64,000 bases of DNA, taken from NCBI RefSeq assembly GCF_964355755.1, contig NC_092673.1:34779648-34843647 (forward strand), written 5' to 3'. The DNA is from Antedon mediterranea. Taxonomy: Eukaryota; Animalia; Echinodermata. Shown in pieces: positions 40,363 through 55,300 of the stretch; position 1 is the first letter of the stretch, and each line of letters begins with the position of its first letter. The notes under the pieces were generated by a model. That model made no database searches. It had not been told where the DNA came from and worked only from the letters and a program-made list of their open reading frames with translations. Both the position numbers and the translations under genes were made by a program.

Positions 40363-43300
40363 ATGATGGTTCATAAATGTTCGATATGGCCAATCATAAT
40401 AGTCTTGTTAAACGATATATTATTCTGTGGATCGGATGAGCTGTTAGTAGTAAATATTTTTCTACCGTGGAAGTCTACCGAAAAAGAAGCATACCCGTTT
40501 TTAATTGATCGAGTTAAGCATGTTATACCGCTTGTGGAAAGTCGAGCAGCAACCAGCCTAGGATCAGGACATCTGCAAATTAATTTACACGATTCTGCTT
40601 GCGATACGAGACAAGCCCTTGGTAAAACTGTGGAATGCTATGCAAATTCAACCGATATCATCATAGGTCCACCGTGTACCAAGCCCTGTATGAGCGTTAC
40701 CGACTTAACTAGTTATTGGAATTTACCTTCGATTTCTTGGTTTTGCGGAGACAAAATTTTATTTTCAAATAAAACTATTTACCCAACGTTCGTTCGAATC
40801 GTACCACCATTTTATAAAATCGCCATATTGACTCAAAATGTTATGACATTCTTCGAATGGAAAAGGGCATGTATTATCACTAAAATTGGTTCATTGTACG
40901 AGTCTTTAGCAAATGCGATCCAGGTACAAGGCTCGCAAGAAAATTCAACCTTCGAGATCATTAGCATTGAAACGTACGCACGCGGTATTAGCCGAGCTTT
41001 AGCAAGTAAAATATTAAAGAATATCAAGACCGTTTGTACAGGTAAGTGGATTCGATTATTTGGTAGTATATCATAGAAAATAATAAATATGTGTTATAGT
41101 TTTGAAAATGGTGAAAAGGATGGGTTGTACAACAAAGAGTACGTTTGACAAACTTTTATGACATAGTCGACAAGTACCTGATATAGTCGACAAGTGTATG
41201 ATGTCCAATTTGTGACTCCGTGATGTCACAAAATCATGAGTATCTTAAAATAATAATAAAATATGGGCCTAATTAAAAATTAGACAAGTTAATTTCGCAT
41301 CGATTGCGGTAAGTTTAATAAAATGCTTGTATTGGTATTCTTTACTGTGATTATTATTCTTGACTATAGTATTATACATTTGAAAAAGATGATGAATCGT
41401 AAGCACGCAAGGTCAACATCGAGACAGAGTGCGCCGATCATGCCTCAGGAGATTCTACATCATCCAGATGCTCCCATCGGGTTGCAAAAGGTTTTCGCAA
41501 AATGAATGAATGTATTGCTGTCTTCTTTAAATTGTATGTACCGGATAATAACGATAAATGAACGCCCACAATATCGTGACAGAGTGTCCGGCATGTAGCC
41601 TCTGTCTCAAAAGAATAGGCCTATGCAACAACATCCATATAATGTTGTTCTGTATGACTATACAGGTCATTTAGATAAACCCGCCGTATGTATAAATCAG
41701 AAATGAACTTTGAAAATCGCGACAGGAGAGTTCCCGTGTTATGTGCTCATCGGTGACTGAGATTGTTGATCATCCAAAATTGATGATGCAAGTTACCTAT
41801 AACTATAATGCGTTCATATGATTTGAATTATTTTTATTCTTTCTAATTTGCATAACTCTAAATTTAATGACACCTGTATAATACTATCTAAGAATAAAGA
41901 TTATTATAATGTGTACAGAACACTTTAATGTACGTTTCTGGTAATGTTCAACATTTATCCAATTACACCTATTGCAATGGAAGTTAATTTAACAATCTTT
42001 ACCGTTGCCTCGCGTGACATACATTTCGAAACTCGAAGAAAAGTCTTATTTTGTTGACGCACTATAAAATCAAATTCGAGTACTATAGGCCTACAGTATG
42101 CGGTTCGTAGTAACACATTTTAAAGTATTAATACTCCTATACATTAATTATGAAAAGGAATATGCATTGCTTCGAATTTAATTAGAGATTAACATGGAGT
42201 CATTTGAAGATTACATTTAAATTACGTGTAATCTGAACAGTTCATGAATTCTTATTTCAGAATATTCATGGAAAAATAATTACCAAACGCTTTAGCACAT
42301 TAAACATGTGGCAGCTGCTTGTCACGTATGTGACGCATTCGACACAAATAAATCTAGTTTAGAAATTACACTATGAGCAAACGATTAAGTATGCTTTTCA
42401 CTGTACTTAACTTGTTGGTCATTTTATTACACTTGTAAACTGGATCATTAGCATTTTCCATCCACGTGATACATCGCGTCGAGCGTAGTGCGCGTTTAAA
42501 AAAAGTTAATGAATATTCTAAAGTATCAATATCTATTTCTTGATATCTTACTTAAATCGGCTTATCTTATCTTATCTTATCTTATCTTCCACCGAAATAA
42601 CAAGATTAGTCTTAGCATGAAACAACAAATATTGATAATTTAAAGCAAGGTTCCAGGGTGGAAAACCCAAAAAATCACGGAATAGAAAATAAAATATGAA
42701 AGAAAGGAAGAAAACTTTTATTGGACATGATATTTTATGACTTATTTCCCTTTAAAGATATATTGTTCCCCCTGAAAAAATAAATGTTTTTGTTGAATAT
42801 GCCATTTTAATGTCACATGCATAGTAGTTATTCACTTTGACCAAAAATGAATTGTTTACCTGAAAAAAAAAACCCGCAAACAATTTGACTGGAAGTCAAT
42901 GGGCTTTTGTTCAATCTGTTTTTTATTTTGTCTTTTTATAAGTAAAAAAATTTTTTTTTTCTACGGAAGTGATTAACTTGATAAAACCACGGAATGACCT
43001 ATTCAAAGTTTTTTTTTAAATATTAATCTTAATTTTTCATGTTTTTTGAAGAAAATAAATCTTTAACCTCTCATTCAAAAGTTGTTCAAAAGTCATGGAA
43101 TTTTTGGCTAGAAATTACTGTTAAGAAATTACGCTGGATTACATGACCACAAAAAGACGGCAACGTAGATCATACAATGGTATAATGCTTGAACTTATAA
43201 TTCAATAAGTGACAATTATCTTAAAAGCTTTGTCTACACTATCAAACTTTATGTGACAAAAACATGTGACCATATATGGACAAGATGATGTCATATCCCT

Positions 43301-46300
43301 ATCATATTTAAGCATATATCACTACCATATTTGGGCACATCACACTTTTTTGTTGTCAAACTAGTTTGATAGTGTAGACAAAGCTTAAGTTTCACAAGTT
43401 TGACGGTCGCAAAAACAACTTACTAAATATATATATATATATATATATTCGTCAACATGATTTACAAAAAAAGTAGCCTAAAGTTTTTTTTATCTTTGCC
43501 CAATTTTTCAGTTTAGGAATGATTAGTCATAGGCCTACCATTTAAAACAGTTTTTTAACATTTTAGTCTATATGTTGTATCAAACAGTAATGTTTTATAT
43601 TCCGTGCAGTTATCTGGTTGATAGTTGGTGGAGTAACTATTATATTAAACAGTAATGTTTTATTCCGTGCAGTTATCTGGTTGATAGTTGGTGGAGTAAC
43701 TATTATATTAAACAGTAATGTTTTATTCCGTGCAGTTATCTGGTTGATAGTTGGTGGAGTAACTATTGTATTAAACAGTAATGTTTTATTCCGTGCAGTT
43801 ATCTGGTTGATAGTTGGTGGAGTAACTACAAATGAGGAAGATGTCCAGATGTTTATGTTGGCGTCCAGTGATCTCGGAATGACGTCAGGAGAATTTGTAT
43901 TTATTCATTTTGATCTGGTTCCCGAGTTGACAAACATGACGAAACGATGGCAGACTATCGGTCCGATATTGAATCAGAACAACGAAAGAAAAATAAGGGA
44001 CGCATTCGACACATTGTTAACCATTACTTTCAAGTAAAATAATTTTTCATATTTATTTGTTATACTGTAGTTTAAAAGTAAAGACACAACCTACCCCACT
44101 CAGTACGAATGAAAATGCTTCTTTGATGAGATTTGAACTCATGTTTACAGATCACTTACCTGGAATCATTACGTCCTATCCCCCTTCCTCCACCTATAAT
44201 TTCTAAACCGTTGTCTGATAGCTTTTTGGAAGTCATTCTTTATTAATAGGCCTCTGTAACTTACAAATCTATCCTACAACACAAATCATGCACGCACCTT
44301 TTTTCCTAGTTTAAACTAAATAGCAAATATAGCCTACAATCATGAAGAAATAATATATATAATAACTTATTTCCAATGAGTTGATTGATTGATTATGTTG
44401 TACTAGGCATTATCCTATTTGTATCTGCACGTTACTTACAGGTTACCAACAGACGGTCGAATTGAGAAAATGAACGACGTACAACCTAAGGCACAGGTAG
44501 TAGAAGGTCATTTGTGACGGTTATTAGTTATTAAAATAATATTTTAGTACCTTATATGTGTGTAGATGATGGATGGTGATTATGACGACGTAATTACAAT
44601 GATGATGATTAAGCTGACGATTTATTATTTTCGATACAAACGCTAATGATGAAACTAAAAATGTGTAAATAATAAACACATAAGGAATAATGATAATTTA
44701 ATAGATTTATAGTTCAGTGTTTTATTCAAACCACCACAGTATGAAACTGCAGATGCATTTAAATAAAATGACAAATATAGACTTCGATATAAACAATTAA
44801 ATTTAAATCTTAAATTCAAAATATTTTATTCTGAAGACTTTGAAATATTAGTTTCCCATTGTTTCTAAGCCGGATCTAACTTATAATCAGTAACAATTGT
44901 AACAACAACGTTATATAGATTCTTTCATTTAGGCCTAAATTGCTATTTGACAACGTTTAAACATTTTAAACAGTTATTGTACTTGCGTCACTGTTTAATA
45001 ACCACTGATTGTTATAAAATATGATTAATATACAATGTTTACCACTACATGATAATGGCACTTTCATTGAAAGTTTAAAGAAATAACATACATACATACA
45101 GAAAATATATATGAAGGCGGTTGGCTGAAAATCAGTAAATCTTTACTTCATTTTTGAAAGCGCAGTTTTGAATAGTAAAGGAGTAGTTCATTCTATAACG
45201 CTCTATCAAACTTTACGTGACAAGAAATGTGATGTGCCCATATATGGACATGATGACATTATATCACTACCATATGTGGGCATATCACTACCACATTTGG
45301 GAACATCACACTTTTTTTGTCAAACTAGTTTGATAGTGTAGACAGACCTTTTAGTAGCATTATAAAAATGTTCGCAACAGATGTTTTATAACAATATGTA
45401 ACCCGAAGTTTGCCTTTAATTGTCTTTTCAGAATCCCAGTATTATGGCTGCTTATCTATACGATGCTGTTATACTGTATGTAAACACAGTTGTTTCAAGT
45501 AGCTTATCATCACACGATGGATACGCGGTCGGCAGGTCACTCAAGACCACAGCATTTGAAGGTGTGTACTGTACAAATAGAGTGTTGACAAAGTGCGAGG
45601 CAGCGAGGCACGCGAGGCAAGCGGGGCATGCCAAATATTTGTGCGAGGCATCATTTTATCATTTCCAAAAGTGCGAGGCATGCGAGGCATATAGTTTACA
45701 ATTTCAAAAAGGTGCGAGGCATATCTTAACGTGCTATTATGCTATATTATAGGCCTAATAATCAATCGATACAAGCGTATCTAAATAGATTCGTGTATAC
45801 ACTCATCATGTTGTTTATTTTTATGTAACGATTGTTTTTTCATTCAAGTCATATCGTGTCAAATTTTACTTTTACAAAAGTGCCCAAGCTACGGTTCAAA
45901 AATCTGAACGACAGTCTTCAACTTTCGATAAACAATAATTGTTATAGCAACACACTCATCAAATGACTGCAATGTTTGTTGGCATTTCGAGCGTGTTCAC
46001 TCACATGTCTCTCGAACATAGCAGAGTGAAAATAATATTTTGTCACACCCCTGCGCCTAGATCCGGTAGACCCGAGAGATGGAAAATCCCTCTTTACTAT
46101 TTAGCAGGTAGCGGAATGATTCAGCCCTCAGCTCAGAGGATTGTGGTGCATTCCCCTCCTATAGCACGTGGTTTCAGCAGCAACGCACACTACAGACTTC
46201 TCTCTGAGCGGCGTGCCAAAGACATTTTTGACATTCCATTCTTTAGGAACAACACGTGTACCTCTCTCGCAAATAAGGTGAACAGCAATTGCCAGGACAA

Positions 46301-49300
46301 GTTCAATAACACACACGTACCAGCACCCCATTGGCTGGTCATGACGTAATGCAATTTTACCGTACCTTTAGTAAACAGAAGTTAGAATACGGTACCGTAT
46401 CTTTAGCCACGGCGTTTTACTTATTGTTGTCCATGTACGTACTAATAAACCTGGCGCTAGTTTCCTTCGCTTGTATTTTTACTCCAAATTTGATAACTAA
46501 CTTTATCGTCTGAATACCACACCTTAGAAGTATACCTCATGAGTACTTTAATGAAAGAATCACATAAAAAGTAACAAATAAATCCTTAAATTAATGATTT
46601 TACAGGCGTGTTTCTCGCACACTGTTCGCGAATTTCACTTATTCAATGTTCAATATTTTTGTTTCTATGGAGCGCCAAAAGAGCAACGATAATAGAGGAC
46701 TAAAACTCAGTGGAATGCGTCAATTTCTCATGCATTTATTGGTGAAAAACACGTTTTATTTCAATATATTTAAAGTTAATTTGTCAATAAAAATGTTGTA
46801 ATATGTTACTGCTGATACTGTTCTGTTTTCAAAGAATAATAATCGATCCTAAATCAACATCACTACCTAGTCTAGACCTAGGACATCCTACTAAGGATAT
46901 TATGATGAATTTTTCTATTTTATTCTTTAAAAGGTTAACGAAACCGTGTACATTATCAACAGTAACATTTTTCCTTACTGACAGTGACAAAATCTATTGA
47001 AATTGTACTTGATTTTCACCAAATAATGCGTTAAATATAAATGGATTCCACAGAGTTTTTAGCCCTCTAATTAATTTTGCTCTTTTGGCGTTCCATAGAA
47101 ACCAAAATATTGAACATTGAGTGTGCGAAATGCGAGAAAAACAACGTCTGTAAAATCACCAATTTAATGGATTTATTGTTACTTTTATGTGATTTTTCTT
47201 CATTAAAGTAGGCCTACTAATTCTAAGCTGTGGTATTCAGGATAAAGTTGGTTAAAATACAAGGCAGGTGCAAAAGGAAACTAGCCTAGCGGGCCTATAG
47301 GCCTAGGCTACTTCAATTTCGGTGATTTCCTGCCTTGCAATTTTGAGAAATGATATAAAATGATGCCTCGCATTTTTTGATGATGGTAAAACGATGCCTC
47401 GCATAAATTTCTGACTTGCCTCGCATGCCTTCCCTGCCTCGCGTGCCTCGCTGCCTCGCACTTTGTTACTACCCGTACAAATACTGTTTAGTTCAAAAAG
47501 GCCCAATTGTTAAGTTATAGATAACCCAACAAGACAATACTTTATTGTATTCACAGAATTTTATTTTTAATACAATCCGTAACAAGATTTTAACTGTGCA
47601 TCGCACAATGTTTATTTCTATAGCTGAATCCAGAGAAAAATTAGAATAACAATAAACCATTGTTATTATTCGGTTAAACCACAACATTTGAAAGTTTATA
47701 CATATACTGTTCTTTATTTAGATCAATAACAGGCCGAATTGTGTATGCCCTACTGTACAAAATCGAAACTTATTTTTTAATACAATCCGTAAACAACAAC
47801 ATTTAACTGTGCATGCCAAATACGTTTATCTCTATAGCAGGATTCAAATCAACTTAAACAAATAACAATAAAATACTTTTATTATTCGGTTAAAACCTCA
47901 ACATTTGAAGGTTTATACCAATCTGTTGTCTAATTATCTAAACAAGACAGCTATTGTATGCCCTACTGTAATTTACAAAATTAAACTTATTTTTTAATAC
48001 AACTATTATTAATTAACTGTGCATCCCAAATTTTATAGAATCCAAAAAAAAGTAACAATAATATTATTCGGTTCAAATACTTTGATAGTGTCTGTATTAT
48101 TGAAAAAGTTTAGCAGGACCTCAAGCAATATGACTTCTGTTAATTAAGGCACTTTAGGCCTATTTATATTTGGAACCAAACCTGGATCCGCCACTGCTTC
48201 CTGTACAGCCTCGTCGTCGACGAAAGGTCCTCACAACATTTCTCCATTCGTTTCTGTTCTGTGAAATTGCTTTTTATTTTTGCAAGATCCGCCACTGCTT
48301 TATAGACTTATGCGATTAAATGCTTTTTAACTGTGTATTACTGACTGTCTACTCAATGTCTTCAATTATTAACCACAAATCAACAATTTGTACTCAACAA
48401 TATGTAGAATTAAACTGTATACTCGATGATAAAAGGTCTGGTTGGCTATCTTCTCATTGTGCTTATTTATCAGGAACATCAGATGCAATATCAATTTGTG
48501 TTTATTGTGATTGTAATTAGAATTTTATGCGACGAACACGAAACAAATCGTTCCCTCAAGACAGTGTTCAGTTATAAGAATAACATATTAGTATCAAAAC
48601 TACTTATATATGTTGTAATGCTGTAAAAATTAATACTTTTGGCTGTAAAATCATAATTGTTAACTTCGTCTATTCGTCCGAAATTGTTCTATATTTTTAT
48701 TATCAAAAACGTTTTCTTCATATACTTTAGTCTGTTTAGCATTTTTATCAAAATTATCATAATTTTTTTGGTTTATTCATCAACATCACAACCATCATAA
48801 TTATTGTCAACATTATTATCATAAGATCGGGGTGGGGAAGGTCCGGCTGCCCTCAACATTTTCGAAGGAAAATAATGTACAGAATATACCATTAGATGAA
48901 GGTCAGGTCATTATTTTCAATATCATCCCTCTATTCCGCCATTGATTATCGTTATCATCTTCATTGTATTTCATTGTTGCAAAATAAGGATGACCTTAAA
49001 TTGCAGGGAACAGAGCGGTGATGGCCGGTTCCTCAGCACAGGTTGCATCTTTTGGTATTTCATTGGATTAATTTGTTTAACGGCCTAAATCTTTCTTTCA
49101 ACGATGCTTTTCAATATACAGTACTGTATTTAGAGTCTATTTATCTTTATGCCAAATATGTAACTATATCGTTTTAAGAATGAAATTTTATTGAATATTA
49201 TGCATCGGTTTGTAATTCATGAATACGTTCATAACTGAAAATGAGAAGAAATTACAATAAAGGTGGGTGATTCCTACGAAAGAAAAAAAAAGTATTTAGA

Positions 49301-52300
49301 ATAGGCTATACGAACATTTATTATTTATTATTACAGGAATGACCGGGCATGTTGCGTTTGATGATGACGGTGATCGGATCTCCGACTACGTATTGATGGA
49401 TTTTCAGGTAAGCTACAGCAATTATCAGTCTTTTAGTTGTAACCATCCAACACGTTACCTCAGTCGGAACATTTAAGTAGGCCTAGTAAGCAAGATAACA
49501 AAATCTAATATGCAGACATATAAATATAATGTAGACATATACAAATCTGTGTGTTAACAACGCGAGACACTATACTAGTATTTTTCCACAATTTTAATCA
49601 TTTTGTGTAAGTATTATGAAGGTCTATTTTTGTTTGCAAGACCTTTTTTTTGTGTGAATTAGAAAGGATGATTTTCTTTTACCTATACCGTAATTTTATT
49701 TTTTCCACATAAGGATTGCTAACAGCCGGCTACATTTTGAGGTGGTTCAGGGTTTTTTTTGGGTGTGAATTATTTTCATATTGAAAGAGAACATTTATCA
49801 ATATATTTGAATAAATTTACTATTCAAATTGCAGTAGGGAATAAGAATGATTTTACAGGGGAAAAAAGAGTTGTGGACTCTACGTATAATGTACCGGTAC
49901 TGTATAATGTACCGGTACTGTATAATGTACCGGTACTGTATAATGTACCGGTACTGTATAATGTACCGGTACTGTATAATGTACCGGTACTGTATAATGT
50001 ACCGGTACTGTATAATGTACCGGTACTGTATAATGTACCGGTACTGTATAATGTACCGGTACTGTATAATGTACCGGTACTGTATAATGTACCGGTACTG
50101 TATAATGTACCGGTACTGTATAATGAGAATAATACTGTATATGACAAATCCCAACCTTACCTGATACAGTCAACATGCACGTGAAATGTATTATGATACT
50201 AAACAACAGTATTGCCATATGCGAAACTTAATGAATAGGTAATCTGTTTATATGGTTTACACAAATATGTATTTTTAAGGGTGTTACACACTATAACGAT
50301 AACGATCGACGATAAATATATACATAGGTATCCTATAATAGTTTGTTCGATTTATTTTATTTGTGTGTAAAAACACATATTTATCAACTTCTCGTCGATC
50401 GTTATCGTCCATAATATAATTGAGTCTTTTATTCTATTTCAATCACTTTCCATACAGGATGCTTATCGATTTGGACCGGTAGCGACGTTTTTTTATTTGA
50501 ATAAAAGCGTCACAAGTTTCGGCACAATATTATGGCCGGGAAACATAAAACCAGGCGACACAGTTATAACAAAATCGGGTAAGTATTATTATAGCGCTAT
50601 GGTTTATGTGTAATGATCATTAAACTTTATAATCATAGTGTGCCACATACTAATATCTCATAGAAGACTCCCCCAAAGATACACAGATGTTGATAAAAAA
50701 CATTTGTCCGCCTAGCTACTACTATCAACATTAATATTTTGTATGCACATGTACATAAATGCATACATTTGTTTTAGTTTGTACGAGTACTATACGTACC
50801 AAAATACATTGTTATAACATTATTCTATACATGCTGTATTATCAGCATTTTACGCATGCATCAAGTGTTTTTGGCTGATACTAATAATTTAAAGCGGTAG
50901 ACCTACACGTGAACATTTTTTTTTAGCACTTTAAATACTGTAGGCCTATTATTAGTTTTAAAAAATGGTTATAATATGGTTTTCTTTAACAGATTGGTGG
51001 ATAATCTTGGTAGTAGCTGTTATAGGTGTAGCTGGAATAGTTATCATAATGGCAGTCCTATGGTTAAGGTAGTGACATCATCTTTCACTTCTAATTTTTA
51101 ATGTGTGTTTCTTTTTTTCTTCTGTTTGTCGGTTTCTTGAAATTAGGAGTCAAAATCGGATCAAACGAAACGTGACCGAAATCATTTGAATTTAAATTAT
51201 AAACCTATTATTTAGAGAAAACTATTTGTATTGAAAATATATATTGTAAATCAAAAAGTTTTGGCATAGACAGACGCTATATAAATATAAATATATATAT
51301 ATAAATACGATATACCTCTATTATATATTAGCAGAGAAGATTTGTCAATTTTAATCGTTACTTTAAATTTCCGCTAAAGGAATAGTGACTTAGTTATTTT
51401 AATCAGAAAATAAATAATTATTTATTCGTATAAACTACCTCTTGAAACAATGAAGACAATACTGCCACCTTAAATTAAATAACGTAATCTTTCAATTTGT
51501 TCACAGCGCGAAATATCGTAAGTATATCAACAGGAAAGATTGGCTGATAAAGTTTGACGATTTGATACCATTATATCATCACAATTTACTAGCGGTAAGA
51601 TTCAACGCATTAAGGCCAATTTACACTGACGAGCCGCCCAGGACAGATACATATTCTACGTGGGACAAGCTACGCGTTTTTCTGCTTACCGTTACCACTC
51701 GTCTGTGTAAATTGGCATCCGATAGCATGACCAACATAAGTGTGTCCTTATGTTGTTTTGTTCTCGCGTTGTGTGTAAATGGTCATAAAAATAGGCGCGT
51801 CCGTATACTGTAATTTAATTGGTTGAAAGTTGTTTGCGCTGAGCCAATTGATCAAATTAAAATATGTATATATTTTTATTCAATGTGTTTTTAAAAAATA
51901 ACTTATATGTTCAATACGATCATTTTTTGTTTAATTTATTTTTTGTCGAGTATTTTTGCGGTCATGAAGTAAACCTTATACATTTACAGACAACCTGTTT
52001 GCCGTCAACCGTGCAGCTTCATCAGACGTCATCCGCTGGCCAGGCCGAGGCATCGTTGTCATTGGATGTTGGCGATTTAGCGGCTGAGTTACGTCATGGT
52101 ACTCAAACGGTAGCTATTTATAAAGCGCAATACGTAGCGGTTTTGACAGGCCAGCTGAAAAACTTTCATCTGAATAAGGTCACAAAGAAAGAACTGCAAG
52201 CGGTAATAATATGTTAATCATAATTAGATTGTTCTGAATAATATGACGACTAACATTATGATGATGATAATGATGATGATATTAATAAAGATCAGTAGAG

Positions 52301-55300
52301 TATCCAGAATGATGATGATGATGATATTAATGAAGATCAGTAGAGTATCTAGGATGATGATGAAGATATTAATACAGATCAGTAGAGTATCTAGGATGAT
52401 GATGAAGATATTAATATAGATCAGTAGAGTATCTAGGATGATGATGATGATGATATTAATACAGATCAGTAGAGTATCTAGGATGATGATGAAGATATTA
52501 ATACAGATCAGTAGAGTATCTAGGATGATGATGATGATGATATTAATACAGATCAGTAGAGTATCTAGGATGATGATGATGATGATATTAATACAGATCA
52601 GTAGAGTATCCAGAATGATTCGGGAGCTTTCTATTTCCGATGACCAAACTATGTCACGTTAATTCATTGTGCGCATGCGGAGATATTAGGACGTTTTTCC
52701 TCACTTCCTCACCTCGACAAAGGTTTGACGGTTTCTACTGAAGGTCTAGGCGACGACGACGATACATCGATTGACCTGATCGCAAATCAAAAGATCCGCA
52801 ATGTCTGCGTACTGCGTCCAGAATTCTACATTGAGATCATGGCGGCGATTGCACGATCATTCAGTGTACACCGCCTAACAAATGCATATCTTAACGTTTT
52901 TTTGCAGTTACGCTGGCTGGTTCACGACAACATAAACCGCTTCTTAGGAATATGCTTCCCTCCTAAAGACGATGAAATGCTTTTATACTTAACCGAACAT
53001 TGCTCAAAAGGAACGCTTCGTGTTGTGTTAGATAATGACGATATCAAGCTTGATTCTACGTTCAAAATGTCTTTTATAAACGACTTAACTAGAGTAAGAA
53101 ATGTATGGTAAAACGCTAAGACTTATCTACAGATAGTAATGTATGTTGAAATGCTAAGATACATTAGCAAGCTATAATTGTTTGTCTTCCGTTTTCATTA
53201 TCAATAATTCATACAATTGCATAGAATTTCTACAAATGTATTTTTGCAATTAGGTCTCAATATGAATTTTACACTTAAGCCTAAACTCTGTATCTTGCAG
53301 TTAGGCCTCGCCTCACTCTGGATATTGGATTTAAGCCTCCTTTGATTTTGCAATTAGGCCTATACATTCATAGGCCACAGAATACATCTAGTAATGCCAT
53401 GTAGATAAAGAAATATGTTTAGTGTATTTAAATTTGACGTTTTCTTTTTATTTAATCGTCTGTTTTTGTTATAGTTTGTTATCCCTGAGTAGGCCTACAG
53501 GGTACAGACAGTTATACAAAAAATTTGGGCATCGCCTACTAGATTTTAGATTTAAGCCTCGCTCTGATATTGCAATAGGCCTACACTCTGTCTCCTGCAT
53601 TTAACTACTTTGTGTATTTTGTCCATGCTTTATAGGGTCTTCAATACATTCATAACTCAGAGATTAAGTCACATGGTTTATTAACGTCAAGTCTGTGTGT
53701 AATTGATAGTCGATGGGTGTTGAAGATTACGGGAATTGGAACGATTGCACATCAAACATACAAAGACAATTTATATAAATCCGAACCATCGTACAGATTT
53801 TCCAGTAAATATATTTTTTAAGTTGTTATTGCATTTTTGGAATTCACGTTTTATTTATTTTGTATTTCTAATATATTTTCTTTATCTAGAGAAAACTTAC
53901 AAACTCAACAAAAAGGCCTACTTTAAACAAATTAAAAATACTAAATATTTTTTAAATAAGTTTAACAATAATAGCGCATTTTTTTTTAATGTAAAGATTG
54001 GTTTGCAATGCAACGACCGCCGAAGCGCAACGTACGTGAGTTGACCAATCACAAAAGACCAATCGCGTCGTGATAGGTCAAATTATGTCCAGCTTTAAGC
54101 GTGGTAACCACTAGAGGTGCAACCAATGACGTAGACGCATGTTTTTGTTTTGTTGCATATTATCATTGCAGCCAAAACTGAATTACAGAATATTTACATC
54201 AACATTTATAAAACAAACTAAATATACACAATACATGCATATAACAAGTTTAGCTATGACAAGCGACAGTTAGAATCATCCATCGCGTGTGATTGGTCAG
54301 ATGGCTTTCGTTGCGCTTACGTCATTGCGTCCTAGTGGAAACCACGCATTACTCCCACAATTACCAGTTAACTATTTGAAAAAATATCTTTTGGAATAAT
54401 ACATTTAATTTAACAGTGTCAATTTATCAAGAAGTCATGACTGCTCAGGATGATGCTAGAATCAATCATCACCAAAAACACCTAACCTAGCTAACCCCTG
54501 ATGCTTTATTTGTAATAATTCGTTATTTTATTTCCCGTAGGAATGGTGTGGACAGCACCCGAGCTGCTGCGACAAGAAATCCCCATCAAAGGCAGTCAGA
54601 AAGGAGACATCTACTCATTAGCAATAATATTATATGAAATAGTTTCACAAAACAATCCTTATGCAATATATGAAAAATCACCAAAAGGTACAGTTCACAT
54701 TGCACGCTATTTGCTATTGAAGGTTGAACCAGTCAGTTCAGTCAGTAACAATTACCGTATATCACTAGTCATCATGTTATGGTGGCGATGTTAAATGTCG
54801 GCAAATAATTACAAAAATAGACATATGACGTCAGAGAGCTGATCATCATTTTTTCATACGGTATCATACATATAATATCACTCATAAACAAGTAGAAATT
54901 GTTTTTATCTAAATTTAAACGAAATTTATTTATTTAAAACGTGTGTTCATTTGTCACGTAGGCTAATCGCTGAAATAAAACGGTCTTTATTTCAGAGGTG
55001 ATACGTCTGGTGATGAAGCGAGAGGAGCCTCCATTTCGTCCAATGAAACAAAGTCATTTTTCTGAAATAGCCAGTGATGGAACTCTAAACGGCTTACCCA
55101 CTGAACTACTAGATTTCGTCAAACAAGGATGGGAAGAGCTTCCCGAAGACAGACCAGATATACACTCATTTCGTCAGAAACTCAGGATCGTCAGGAAAGG
55201 CCGGTAAATCATGTGCTTGTGAAATTATGGTATAAAGGAAGGAAGGTAGTTTTCTGAAGGATAGTTATGCGTCCCTGGGGTAGTTGCACAAGGAGTAGTT

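Noticed and set aside
45963-46349. 128-aa ORF inside the 45.6-47.5 kb element
   Set aside because: No transposase or other motif recognised; consistent with chance in a GC-richer stretch.
49759-50218. Five overlapping ORFs (YNVPVL)n etc.
   Set aside because: Artefacts of the 18-bp tandem repeat.
52438-52662. Poly-Met repeat ORF
   Set aside because: Translation of the (GAT)n-containing minisatellite in a cyclase intron.
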